Counted from the stretch's first letter, positions 20,332-30,050 are shown. The stretch is 64,000 nt of DNA from an uncultured Gammaproteobacteria bacterium (GCA_964540055.1 CAZILC010000003.1:21599-85598); one strand, 5' to 3'. Notes: generated from the letters alone by a model not told the origin. Program-made: numbers and translations.

Positions 20332-21441
20332 TTATAGGTTTGGATTATTAATTTCTCGGAGGAATAAATTATAATCAGTTTGATCTACTTTACCATCATC
20401 GTTAAGATCGGAGGCTTGTATTTGTTCCGCGTTGCATGATTTATTTTGTCTTAATAGACTAATACACTGAATAATTTTGTTGTAATCCAATGTGTTTACT
20501 GCGTCATCATTATTTACATCACCTGCAATGAGTGATGCTGGATCGACAATTGTCTGTTGTCCAATGATCACGGGTACACTGTCTAGTGTCGCGGTGATAA
20601 AGCTTGAGGTTTTAATAGTTACCGTATAGTTTCCGGTTACCAAAATATTCCCTAAATCCGCGGTTCCTGTAAAGGCACCCTTGGCAGGATCATAACTAAA
20701 TTCCTTATTTTGTGTGATAAGTGGAAGATTTTGCGTTCCTACAACTGAAATGGTAAAGGTTCGCTTGGTATGCAGTGGAGATTTATTACTTAAGGTACTT
20801 AGCTGGGTGCGATTATCTCCACTATTTCCAATTCCATGCAGGAAAATTTTGAAAATGAGAACCGATGAATTCGGTTTTGCTGTCGGCACAGGAGTTTGCG
20901 TTGGATATACAGTAGGAATAGGCTTGTACGTTGGTGTGGGGGTGGGTTTGCTGGTTGGTTTGGCTGTGGGTTTTGGAGTTGTTGTGGGTTGAAGTTTGAT
21001 AGTCGGTTGTGGTTGTGCTGTGGGTTTTGGAGTCGCAGTTGGCTGCTCTGTTGTACAAACATCAGGTTTACATCCTTTTCCGAGTGCATCTTGATAACAA
21101 GTTGCGCCTGTTCCACAATCCGCGTCTGTATTACACGATTTGGAACAAATACCATGTCCGTTTAGTTGAATATCAGCAGAACAAATCGGCGAACTTGTAC
21201 CGAGACACTGTCCCCCACCCTGCGTGCAATATTTCCCGACTCCCATGGCATTTCCTTGATCACCCGGAACGCCACAAGTTGCGGATTGTGCGTGTTGCAT
21301 AATGCTTTGTCTTTGCTGCGTCTGCAAAACGGTGAACGACAAGGTAACTAAAAGAAAGAGTGAGATCAAAAGCGTCACATATTTTGAGTGCTTTTTAGTT
21401 CTTTTTTTAGATATTGGACGGGATAGAATTTTTCTCGGCAT
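20332..21441 (-). CDS. Paralog B: the same 9-Cys module, a P/T/K-rich linker, a beta-rich middle domain and a C-terminal type I dockerin.
   Basis: TCGVPGDQGNAMGVGKYCTQGGGQCLGTSSPICSADIQLNGHGICSKSCNTDADCGTGATCYQDALGKGCKP. The C-terminal GDVNNDDAVNTLDYNKII and SDLNDDGKVDQTDYNLFL are the two Ca-binding dockerin repeats. Confidence 0.65.
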   Translation of the reverse strand: MPRKILSRPISKKRTKKHSKYVTLLISLFLLVTLSFTVLQTQQRQSIMQHAQSATCGVPGDQGNAMGVGKYCTQGGGQCLGTSSPICSADIQLNGHGICSKSCNTDADCGTGATCYQDALGKGCKPDVCTTEQPTATPKPTAQPQPTIKLQPTTTPKPTAKPTSKPTPTPTYKPIPTVYPTQTPVPTAKPNSSVLIFKIFLHGIGNSGDNRTQLSTLSNKSPLHTKRTFTISVVGTQNLPLITQNKEFSYDPAKGAFTGTADLGNILVTGNYTVTIKTSSFITATLDSVPVIIGQQTIVDPASLIAGDVNNDDAVNTLDYNKIIQCISLLRQNKSCNAEQIQASDLNDDGKVDQTDYNLFLREINNPNL

Positions 21442-21480
21442 AACGACAAGAATATCTCGAGCGTAACAAATTGATTGAGC

Positions 21481-22734
21481 TTATGTCAATGAAGCAGGAT
21501 GTTTATTTTTCAAATTTTTTTCAATTGCCGCATAGGCGAATAATAAAAAGAATTGTGTACATGCGATGATAACAGGCGCAAATCTCAATGCAAATGTATT
21601 AGTGGTAAGATGCAAAATTAATAAAAAAAGTAAAATACCTACTACTCTGCCTCCATTGAGATAAATTTCCTGATCACATACATAAGCATAATGCTGATTT
21701 TGGTCTTTGTTGTCATTGTCTATTAAATCGTAATTTACTGAACTTCCACCTACCCAAATAAATTGCTGTGATAAGGCTTGAGCTGCGAAGAAAATGAGTA
21801 CTCCAAGGGCTGAATAAAGGAGGCCAAATATGAATGTACCAAGAATAGCAAAAAGAATACCAATAAAAATAAGTTGCAATCTATGGCTTGTATTTAATGA
21901 TTTTCCCACCCAATAAATAAGTAAGCTTGCTATGACGGCAGAAATTGATTGGACGATTCCTAGAGTTGCTTCATTCCCGATTAATATAAGCACAACCAGA
22001 ATCGGAATAAAATAGGTTACCGAGTTGAGGAGGCCAAAAATAAATTGTATCCATCGGAATATAGTCCAGTTCTTATTACTATTTTTTACCAATAAAGGAG
22101 GTTTGCTAGATTGTCCCGCAGTGATTGATTTACTTATGGTACCAATCCACAAAATCACCCCGATCATATATGCGACCAACAACTTGTATCCTTGCAATGG
22201 TGTGTAAAGATGAATAATGGTGCCAAAGGTAATAAATAACCCTATGAGTGCGGGGATGATAACTGAAGTAATTGTACCTGAGGCGCTTTCAATACTTGAG
22301 AAATAAATTCTGTCATGTGTTGAGGTAGTTTTCAGGGTTAACAGATTACGATTAGCCCAATAAACTCCCGCAAACAATCCATCAACAAGACTAAATATGA
22401 TAACCGCAGGAAGCGTTATTGTGGGAAGAAACATCAGAAATAGAATAGCAATTCCGTCAACAAGTAACGAAACTGTGTACGGTATCGCAGGTGCATATTT
22501 ACGCAACAAGTAGCCATTTACATAAAACCCTAGGGGGATAACGGCATACAAAATAAGATTGTAGATTGATATGGTAACGATATCGTGCGTTTGTCTCCAG
22601 AGAAAGGCGTCAATAAAAACGCTAAATAGTGGTCCGATAAAGTTATAAAGAAAAATTGTCTTTATGAGTTTTTGTGCATCTGAGTGGAGTTGGTGAAAAT
22701 ATGATTTTTCTTTCCCAATGAATTCTTTAATCAC
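21481..22734 (-). CDS. Polytopic membrane transporter, MFS-like, about 12 TM.
   Basis: 417 aa with about 12 hydrophobic helices in two halves; no other diagnostic motif. Confidence 0.5.
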   Translation of the reverse strand: MIKEFIGKEKSYFHQLHSDAQKLIKTIFLYNFIGPLFSVFIDAFLWRQTHDIVTISIYNLILYAVIPLGFYVNGYLLRKYAPAIPYTVSLLVDGIAILFLMFLPTITLPAVIIFSLVDGLFAGVYWANRNLLTLKTTSTHDRIYFSSIESASGTITSVIIPALIGLFITFGTIIHLYTPLQGYKLLVAYMIGVILWIGTISKSITAGQSSKPPLLVKNSNKNWTIFRWIQFIFGLLNSVTYFIPILVVLILIGNEATLGIVQSISAVIASLLIYWVGKSLNTSHRLQLIFIGILFAILGTFIFGLLYSALGVLIFFAAQALSQQFIWVGGSSVNYDLIDNDNKDQNQHYAYVCDQEIYLNGGRVVGILLFLLILHLTTNTFALRFAPVIIACTQFFLLFAYAAIEKNLKNKHPASLT

Positions 22735-22751
22735 TTGTTTATTTTATCAGA

Positions 22752-23465
22752 TTAAAGGCTGAGTAGTGTATTTTCTATGGCAAAACGAGGGTTCACATTG
22801 GTAGTTTTGAGAAGCGTGTGGAGGGATTGGAGATGTATAAGAGCATCACGGGTATCACGAGTGTCATAAGCTTCATTTATAGATTCAATCAGATTTTTTC
22901 GTAAAATAACAATCATGTTTTCGATCCATTTGAGGGCTTTTTCTTTGTCTTTGGCCAGTTGTTCTGCTTGTTTGAGTCTGGCGCCAATGGAGAGATCTGG
23001 CAGTGATTGTACGAAAAAATTGAGCTCCGTGATTGTTTCCTGTTTCAGTTCTTTTTTCTCTTCTTCCAAAATAATAATCTGGCAGCGTGAGAGAATTGTC
23101 GGGAGCAAATCATCCTGACTTTCTGTACCGAGCATAATATGTGTATGAGCCGGAGGTTCTTCTAGTATTTTAAGAAGCGCGTTTTGTGCCTCTGGTGTGA
23201 GTAATTGTGCATCCTCAATGATAACCAGTTTGTATTCACTTTTTATAGGTTTGAGGAATACTTTTTTGTGGATTTGTTTGACTGTCTCAATGCCGATGCT
23301 TTGTGCTTTTGTTTCATCTTTTTCAAGAATAGTAATATCAAACGCATCTATTTGGTGCTTCGTAGCGTGCTCTTTTTCAAAAGCCTCTCTCTTCTTTTTC
23401 TCTTTTGCAACAACAATAAAACTTACCATATATGAAAGATGGTTTTCATAATACAAAAGTCCCAA
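22752..23465 (-). CDS. holB: DNA polymerase III delta-prime (HolB)-like clamp-loader subunit. It is short and lacks an N-terminal P-loop region.
   Basis: KLVIIEDAQLLTPEAQNALLKILEEPPAHTHIMLGTESQDDLLPTILSRCQII is the clamp-loader box VII / SRC motif. Confidence 0.6.
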   Translation of the reverse strand: MGLLYYENHLSYMVSFIVVAKEKKKREAFEKEHATKHQIDAFDITILEKDETKAQSIGIETVKQIHKKVFLKPIKSEYKLVIIEDAQLLTPEAQNALLKILEEPPAHTHIMLGTESQDDLLPTILSRCQIIILEEEKKELKQETITELNFFVQSLPDLSIGARLKQAEQLAKDKEKALKWIENMIVILRKNLIESINEAYDTRDTRDALIHLQSLHTLLKTTNVNPRFAIENTLLSL

Positions 23466-23502
23466 TTACTTAGGAGTTTTATAAATACTCTGTATTAAAA
23501 AA

Positions 23503-23919
23503 CTAAGCAGCTCGTCGAGCTCTTTGTGGTCTTGGTGCACTACCTGCTTGTGCGTCAGGACGTGCTTGACCGACTGCTCTTGGCTGATCAGGTCTTTGTG
23601 CTCCACCGATACGTGGGCTCTCAACAGCGCCCGGTGTGCCTCCCATTCTAGGAAGCCTATAAACAGTTGCTTCGGTAGCAATACCAGGTTTGCCAGGGTG
23701 TTTTTCCTGTTGTCCTTGTATTCCAGCTACTTGTACATCTGGTCGTAGAGCTCCTGGTGCTTGAGATGTTTGTTCTGTAGTAGCACCCGTTGCACTAACA
23801 ACCCTCAAATCAGCTCTTGCAGTACTACCTGTACGTTCACCATTGCCAGTAATAACTTTGGCTGGTACGGTCCACGTGTCTCGTCTATCTCCGGAAGTAT
23901 CTGATTCTCCGTTAATCAT
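23503..23919 (-). CDS. Gly/Pro/Ala/Arg-rich low-complexity protein of about 139 aa. The start MINGESD follows a GGAGGTGA Shine-Dalgarno.
   Basis: Local GC of roughly 54% versus roughly 40% in the flanks. Canonical RBS GGAGGTGAGACT-ATG. The longer ORF-track start at 24006 lacks an RBS. Confidence 0.4.
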   Translation of the reverse strand: MINGESDTSGDRRDTWTVPAKVITGNGERTGSTARADLRVVSATGATTEQTSQAPGALRPDVQVAGIQGQQEKHPGKPGIATEATVYRLPRMGGTPGAVESPRIGGAQRPDQPRAVGQARPDAQAGSAPRPQRARRAA

Positions 23920-24025
23920 AGTCTCACCTCCTTTCAAAACAAAATCTAATCGCAGTATATACCCATAATGAAACCATGACAAGTTTTTTTTACTTACTAA
24001 CGTCATATGCTATAATGCAACTATT

Positions 24026-24280
24026 ATGAGACATGAATCACATACTGGAGGGCGATTGAGAGATAAAACGTCTATGCCTGGAGCAATAGAGACAGTAGGT
24101 GCAGTAGCTACTACAGATGCAGCAATATGGTTAGGATATTCTGCAGCTTCAGGGAATACTACTGCAACTACTATTTGCGCTATTGGAACTGCAGCTGGAC
24201 TAGTGGGAACAATATTTATGGACCATCTTCGACGAAAAAATAAGAGAGAGAACCGCTTACAGGCTCCACACAGAAGATAA
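24026..24280 (+). CDS. Small hypothetical (possibly membrane) protein upstream of pilB.
   Basis: ORF track only; Ala/Thr/Gly-rich hydrophobic stretch. Confidence 0.2.
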   Translation: MRHESHTGGRLRDKTSMPGAIETVGAVATTDAAIWLGYSAASGNTTATTICAIGTAAGLVGTIFMDHLRRKNKRENRLQAPHRR

Positions 24281-24338
24281 AAATAAAGGAATTAGCTTTT
24301 CCTTGACTCCTGAGTAGTTATTTTTTACTATTAGAATA

Positions 24339-26078
24339 ATGCCCGGTTTAAATTCCGCTCCATCTGTTATGCAAGATCAGTCCAGTCTTTCTCTTCTGGA
24401 TATGCTTCTTGCAGATCATCTACTCACCGATCAACAATATCAGCAAGTAAAATTAAAAAGCGATGAAGGTGGTCAATCGACAGTCGATGTCCTCAAATCC
24501 ATGCATATCATTCCCGATTCCAAAATCGCGGAAGCACAGGCAAAAATCATTGGTGTTCCCTATATTTCTCTGGGGACAGTTTCATTTTCTCCTCAGGCGT
24601 TGAGTTTTCTCTCCCGATCAGTCGTCGAACGGTTTTCGCTGATTCCCTTCGCCTATGATGATGGCACCAAGACACTTTCAATAGCCATGGCCAATCCAGT
24701 TGATCTTGATGCACTTGCTTTTGTCCGTCAGAAAACCGGCCTCATAATCAAATCATTCGCAGCTGATCCTGCAGAGGTACTCGGAGCAATTGATCAGCAA
24801 TATCAGCAGTCAATTGTTGGTGAAGTTGGTGAAGCTATTAAAGAGACTGAAGAATTTTCTGATAATAAGACAGTTGATAAAGAAAAAATCGCGCAAATTA
24901 TTCATGATGCGCCAATTGCCAAAATCGTATCGACAATTCTTGAATATGCTGTTAATAGTAGATCATCAGATGTGCATATTGAACCGCTCAATGATAAGTT
25001 GCGTGTCCGATACAGAATTGATGGTATTTTGTATGATAAATTGAGTCTTCCCAAAAATGTCCGCGATTCACTAACGTCCCGTATCAAGATTTTGGCTGAA
25101 CTTAAAATTGATGAACATAGGATTCCTCAGGATGGACGGTTTAATTTCAAAATTGATAAGCAGGAAGTTGATATTCGTGTCTCAATTATCCCGACAGTTC
25201 GGGGCGAAAAAATTGCTTTGCGTCTTCTGTACAAATCCGGTGGGATACCATCGCTTACTGATTTGGGAATGGGCGGAACAGCACTCAAGTCACTCGAGAC
25301 GGCAGTTCTTAGACCGCATGGGATCATTCTTGTTTGCGGACCGACCGGATCGGGAAAAACTACAACGCTTTATTCGGTACTTTCCCGTTTGAATACCACG
25401 CGGGTAAATATTTCTTCATTGGAAGATCCGGTCGAATATGAAATGCCCGGAATTAATCAGGTTCAAATTAATGCAGGAGTAGGATTAACGTTTGCATCCG
25501 GATTGCGGGCATTTTTGCGTCAGGATCCAAATATCATCCTTGTTGGTGAAATTCGTGATAAAGAGACAACCGATCTGGCAATTCAGGCCGCTCTTACCGG
25601 CCATTTGGTGTTTTCAACGCTTCATACGTCCCGCGCAGCCGGAGCACTTCCACGTTTGATTGATTTGGGTTCTGAAAGTTTTCTTCTTGCATCAACAGTC
25701 AACGCGATAGTTGGTCAAAGAATAGTGCGTAAAATCTGTCCGCATTGCAAAGAATCATATATACCACCTCCTCAATTAATGGATGAAGTTAAACGAGTTC
25801 TTATTACACTCTTCCCAACATCAGGTGATGGCAAATTTTATCGCGGGAAAGGGTGTCAGGAGTGCGGTGGTCTTGGTTATTTAGGAAGAATGGGGATTTA
25901 TGAAGTGTTGGTATCGTCAGAAAAAATTGCGAGACTTATGGTCGAGGGAAAGGACGAGCAAAAAATTGAAGATCAGGCAATTGCTGAGGGAATGATCACG
26001 ATGAAACAAGATGGCTACTTGAAAGTTTTGAAAGGAGATACTACTATGGAAGAGGTGCTCCGAGTAGCGCAAGAATAG
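24339..26078 (+). CDS. pilB: Type IV pilus assembly ATPase PilB (GspE family).
   Basis: N-terminal GspII_E_N-like domain, Walker A GPTGSGKTTTLYS, the His box STLHTS and the tetracysteine CPHC...CQEC. Confidence 0.92.
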   Translation: MPGLNSAPSVMQDQSSLSLLDMLLADHLLTDQQYQQVKLKSDEGGQSTVDVLKSMHIIPDSKIAEAQAKIIGVPYISLGTVSFSPQALSFLSRSVVERFSLIPFAYDDGTKTLSIAMANPVDLDALAFVRQKTGLIIKSFAADPAEVLGAIDQQYQQSIVGEVGEAIKETEEFSDNKTVDKEKIAQIIHDAPIAKIVSTILEYAVNSRSSDVHIEPLNDKLRVRYRIDGILYDKLSLPKNVRDSLTSRIKILAELKIDEHRIPQDGRFNFKIDKQEVDIRVSIIPTVRGEKIALRLLYKSGGIPSLTDLGMGGTALKSLETAVLRPHGIILVCGPTGSGKTTTLYSVLSRLNTTRVNISSLEDPVEYEMPGINQVQINAGVGLTFASGLRAFLRQDPNIILVGEIRDKETTDLAIQAALTGHLVFSTLHTSRAAGALPRLIDLGSESFLLASTVNAIVGQRIVRKICPHCKESYIPPPQLMDEVKRVLITLFPTSGDGKFYRGKGCQECGGLGYLGRMGIYEVLVSSEKIARLMVEGKDEQKIEDQAIAEGMITMKQDGYLKVLKGDTTMEEVLRVAQE

Positions 26079-26080
26079 TT

Positions 26081-27148
26081 ATGGACATTCAAGAACTGTT
26101 ATCACTGACAATTAAAAATAAAGCATCGGATTTGCATTTGATGGTTGGCTTGCCTCCGACCTTTCGTATTGACGGCGCTCTTCGGTATCTGACAACGTAT
26201 CCTGCTCTTAAGACCGCAGATCTTGAGGCAATGATATTTTCGATTCTTACTCCCGAACAGAAAGAGTTACTGCTTACCAATAAAGAGCTTGATTTTTCAT
26301 TCGGATTCCGTGGAAAAGGTGCGACCGAGAATGGCCGGTTTCGTATTAATGCCTATTTTGAAAAAGGAACTGTTGCAGCGGCTTTGCGTTTTCTTGCACC
26401 GGGGGTTAGAACTGTTGAGGAATTAAGCCTTCCTAATGTCGTTCATGATTTTGCCAAACTCAAACAAGGATTCGTTCTTGTCACCGGTCCAACCGGTCAT
26501 GGCAAATCGAGTACGCTTGCTGCTCTGATTAATGAAATCAATTTAAATAAATCATGTCATATCCTAACTATTGAGGATCCGATTGAGTATGTGTATCCCA
26601 AAGGCAACAGCATTATCTCCCAGCGTGAAATGAGTATTGATACGCATTCATGGTCTATGGCACTTCGTTCTTCCCTTCGTGAAGATCCGGATGTTGTTCT
26701 TATCGGTGAAATGCGTGATCCTGAGACAATGCAGGCAGCAATTACCCTTGCAGAGACCGGCCATCTAGTACTTTCAACATTGCATACTAATTCTGCATCC
26801 CAAAGTATTGATCGTATTGTCGATGCGTTTTCGGCCGATCAACGGTCACAGATCCGCATACAGCTTGCCGCAACGCTTAAGGGTATTATCTCGCAACGTT
26901 TAGTTACCAAAATTGGCGGTGGTCGAATTCCGGCAGTTGAAGTATTACTCGGAACACCTGCTGTTGCAAGTAATATCCGGGATGGAAAATCACATCTGAT
27001 AGACTCGGTTATTCAAACCTCAAAAGACATGGGCATGATAACAATAGATGAATCTTTGGCAAATCTTGTTAAAGAAGGTATTATAACGATCGATGATGCC
27101 AGATCCTATGCTCTACGCATAAATGAACTTGAGAGACTGGTTGGATAA
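26081..27148 (+). CDS. pilT: Twitching-motility retraction ATPase PilT.
   Basis: GPTGHGKSSTLAALIN, TIEDPIEY, LSTLHTNSA, 355 aa; 2 bp downstream of pilB. Confidence 0.92.
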   Translation: MDIQELLSLTIKNKASDLHLMVGLPPTFRIDGALRYLTTYPALKTADLEAMIFSILTPEQKELLLTNKELDFSFGFRGKGATENGRFRINAYFEKGTVAAALRFLAPGVRTVEELSLPNVVHDFAKLKQGFVLVTGPTGHGKSSTLAALINEINLNKSCHILTIEDPIEYVYPKGNSIISQREMSIDTHSWSMALRSSLREDPDVVLIGEMRDPETMQAAITLAETGHLVLSTLHTNSASQSIDRIVDAFSADQRSQIRIQLAATLKGIISQRLVTKIGGGRIPAVEVLLGTPAVASNIRDGKSHLIDSVIQTSKDMGMITIDESLANLVKEGIITIDDARSYALRINELERLVG

Positions 27149-27262
27149 ATATAATTTTCCATTTTTCATATTCCTTTTTCCATTGATTTTTGATTAACAA
27201 TTGCACATTGAACGATTGAAAATACATGGTAAACGGCAAATGGCCAATGGAAAATTACACTT

Positions 27263-28468
27263 ATGAGACTTTATTACCGAGCGGTAACGCAAGATGGAAA
27301 AACGGTTCGTGGCTTAATTGAAGCGAAAGATGTGAGCGAAGCTGCACTCTATCTTCGACAACATCAATTTATTCCTGTTCAAATAATTGCCGAAAACAAA
27401 GCCGGTTTGACAAGATATTTATCGCTCCTCCATCGGACCAAAGCCTCAGATATTGTCTTTTTTACTCGCCAGCTGGCATCAATGATTACCTCAGGACTGA
27501 CGCTTCTGCAAGCGCTAAATGTCTTAAAAAATCAGGTCCAAAATGCAGCTTTGTCTGAAATGATTCAAGGTATTATTACTGATATTGAAGATGGAGCAAT
27601 GCTTTCAAAGGCTCTTGAAAAATATCCATCTGCATTTTCCCCGATCTATGTTGCCCTAGTCAAAACGGCAGAAGCATCAGGTCTTTTGGATAAAGTACTC
27701 ACAAGGCTTGCTGAGAATCTGGAAAAAAAGGAACAGCTAATTCGTACAATTCGAGGGGCGTTATTATATCCGATCATTGTTGTAGTCATGATGGTACTTG
27801 TCATGGTGGTTATGATGATTTATGTCGTGCCGCAATTAACTGTTCTGTATGGTAATTTGAACATGAGTCTCCCCTTACCGACTGTTATTGTCATTGCAAT
27901 GTCAAACTTTTTGACTCATTACTGGTATATCGCAATAACGTTATTTGTAATCATTTCGGTTTATCTTAAAAGCTGGCATAATAAACCATCAGGTAAAAAA
28001 ACAACCGATGCGTATGTTCTCAAGTTGCCGATTTTTGGACAATTGATTCGGGACAGTATGATGGCTGAATTCGCCAGGACGTTATCTCTTTTGATTAGTT
28101 CAGGCTCACTCGTTGTCGAATCTTTGGTAAAAAGCAGTGATGTGGTGGGAAATGTAATTTATAAAGACGCGATTGGTCTGGTCGCCAAACGGGTTGAGAA
28201 AGGCATTTCGATTGGAGATGCAATGGCTGCTTCTCCTCTATTTCCCCCGATGGTTGTTGAAATGGTGAAAATCGGTGAACAAACCGGAAAATTGGATAGT
28301 TCACTTCTTAAAGCTTCTGAATATTATGAACGTGAGGTTGAAGAAAAGGTAAAGACCATGACGACACTGATGGAGCCAATAATTATGGTTCTTCTGGCTT
28401 TAGGTGTGGGATTTTTAATTATTGCCATCATTACACCGATTTATAACCTTATTTCAAATATTAGTTAG
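27263..28468 (+). CDS. pilC: Type IV pilus inner-membrane platform protein PilC (GspF family).
   Basis: Two GspF repeats and 3 TM segments, 401 aa. Confidence 0.9.
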   Translation: MRLYYRAVTQDGKTVRGLIEAKDVSEAALYLRQHQFIPVQIIAENKAGLTRYLSLLHRTKASDIVFFTRQLASMITSGLTLLQALNVLKNQVQNAALSEMIQGIITDIEDGAMLSKALEKYPSAFSPIYVALVKTAEASGLLDKVLTRLAENLEKKEQLIRTIRGALLYPIIVVVMMVLVMVVMMIYVVPQLTVLYGNLNMSLPLPTVIVIAMSNFLTHYWYIAITLFVIISVYLKSWHNKPSGKKTTDAYVLKLPIFGQLIRDSMMAEFARTLSLLISSGSLVVESLVKSSDVVGNVIYKDAIGLVAKRVEKGISIGDAMAASPLFPPMVVEMVKIGEQTGKLDSSLLKASEYYEREVEEKVKTMTTLMEPIIMVLLALGVGFLIIAIITPIYNLISNIS

Positions 28469-28540
28469 TGTGCAACCATCTTCTTAATTCATCATGCAGG
28501 ATTGTCGATATAAGAAAAGGTGTACTGCAACCTTCGTATA

Positions 28541-28933
28541 CTACTGTGCGTTCTGTGCGGTTTCTCCGAGGAATTTTTTGACTTGGGAAACAAGATCTGC
28601 CGGTGTAATATCTGCTTTGATGATAAAAGCTGCTGCACCGCTACTCATGGCTTCTTTTATCAATGGATCATGATCAAGATTGGTAAGAAGAATAATGGGG
28701 CCGTTTTTTACTTGCGGTGGTGTTTTATTAAGAGTAGAAATAATTCCTAATCCATCAAGTTTGGGCATCATGATATCAAGCAGTATGATATCATAACCTC
28801 CTTGTTGCAGTTTGTTCAGTGCCTCTTCACCATTGGAAGCTGTATCAACGGTATACCCTTCATCTTTAAGAACTTCTTCATAGAGTTCTCTGATATACAT
28901 GTCATCATCGACTACTATTACTCTTTTTGCCAT
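28541..28933 (-). CDS. Orphan single-domain response regulator (CheY-like receiver only).
   Basis: VIVVDDD...DIILLDIMMPKLDG...LLTNL...K has the receiver Asp pocket, phospho-acceptor Asp and conserved Lys; 130 aa with no output domain. Confidence 0.85.
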   Translation of the reverse strand: MAKRVIVVDDDMYIRELYEEVLKDEGYTVDTASNGEEALNKLQQGGYDIILLDIMMPKLDGLGIISTLNKTPPQVKNGPIILLTNLDHDPLIKEAMSSGAAAFIIKADITPADLVSQVKKFLGETAQNAQ

Positions 28934-29029
28934 AATAAGCTGATTATTGAAGAATTAGATTGAATTGTCAATACTACTTATTTAAGTTTCGTGATTTCAC
29001 CTCACTAATGAATATCATAAGGAAATCAA

Positions 29030-29263
29030 TTGCAAAAGTTCATGGATAAGTTTACAATGCCTGGTATTATGGGAATAGAATATGAGCAACATATGCAACC
29101 GGAACTGGTGCGCTGTGCAAGTTGCGGCATAAAGTTAGTTCGACCTATGCAAATAACGTGCTCTCCAGATTGTGCCAAAAAAAGAGAAGAGACTACTATA
29201 AAACAAATTCTCAAATTGGGCTTTAGAACACGTCGATTACACATTATTACAAAATTTAAATGA
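29030..29263 (+). CDS. Small Cys4 zinc-ribbon-like protein.
   Basis: CASCGIK...CSPDC pairs; ORF track only. Confidence 0.2.
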   Translation: MQKFMDKFTMPGIMGIEYEQHMQPELVRCASCGIKLVRPMQITCSPDCAKKREETTIKQILKLGFRTRRLHIITKFK

Positions 29264-29569
29264 GAAGGTACGAAAATGCTTGCCAAGTTATAAAAGTATT
29301 TTGTAATTGGTAACCTAGACCATGATACATGGTTGAAAAAATATTATAGGTTATACTACGATGCGTATCCTATGCCTGAGCGAGGTTCACTACCAGAGGG
29401 AAAAATCAATCTTTTTGATCTTGATCCCAAAACCAGATCTTTAGAACGTGTAAGATGGGTTCGAAGTCTGAAAATTTTAAACAAATGATTGAAGTATGCA
29501 ATGTCTTAGGAGATCAAGAAAAACTCCACACCTATACGAGTTGGTTATAACCGCACTTCTTCAGTGAGT

Positions 29570-29998
29570 TTATGCTGATCTGCCGCCGGGATACTGTGGT
29601 CTGGGATTAGGTTTTGGTGGCGGATTTGTAGGTACAGGAGTTCGGCCTTTTGTATAGGTAAATATGTGCGTAATTGCCATTTGATCCGGACGGTTTGGTA
29701 CCGTATCCATAAGTGCATGTGTGAGGATTTCATCGTTTATATGATATTCTTGTGCTGCATTGTTTTTATTAGTGCTATCCACTCCTTTAGCAAACAACCG
29801 TAAAATAGCACGTCCGGTTCGTAATGTGGTTAGTACGCCAGTTTCTCCTGAGTCCTTCAAAGGATAGATTTGAATCTTTTCAGTAATAATGCGCCGCGGT
29901 GGAGTAGTATCGATCAGCATATCAAAAGTAATACCATAATCCCCATCAGCCCGCGTATTAACAATATACGGCGGATGTATCACTCGTTCTTCAATCAT
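29570..29998 (-). CDS. Hypothetical protein with a Pro-rich C-terminal tail.
   Basis: ORF track; no motifs recognised. Confidence 0.4.
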   Translation of the reverse strand: MIEERVIHPPYIVNTRADGDYGITFDMLIDTTPPRRIITEKIQIYPLKDSGETGVLTTLRTGRAILRLFAKGVDSTNKNNAAQEYHINDEILTHALMDTVPNRPDQMAITHIFTYTKGRTPVPTNPPPKPNPRPQYPGGRSA

Positions 29999-30050
29999 AG
30001 GGGTAAAGTAAGCGTATTATATACTGAAAACGCAAAAATTGGACAGAAGT

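Noticed and set aside
23503-24006. Interpreting the 54% GC islet as recently transferred foreign DNA.
   Set aside because: The GC excess tracks the Gly/Pro/Ala/Arg codon content of the encoded low-complexity protein, so amino-acid bias is sufficient. It is kept as a finding only as an unusual protein.
29456-29467. tRNA T-arm-like GGGTTCGAAGTC.
   Set aside because: No complementary T-stem, acceptor stem or anticodon arm can be drawn around it. It is a chance match.
29372-29488. A 38-codon ORF (MPERGSLPEGKINLFDLDPKTRSLERVRWVRSLKILNK) in the 280-bp gap after the zinc-ribbon ORF.
   Set aside because: No Shine-Dalgarno and no recognisable fold. It may be a remnant of a degraded gene, so it is not called.
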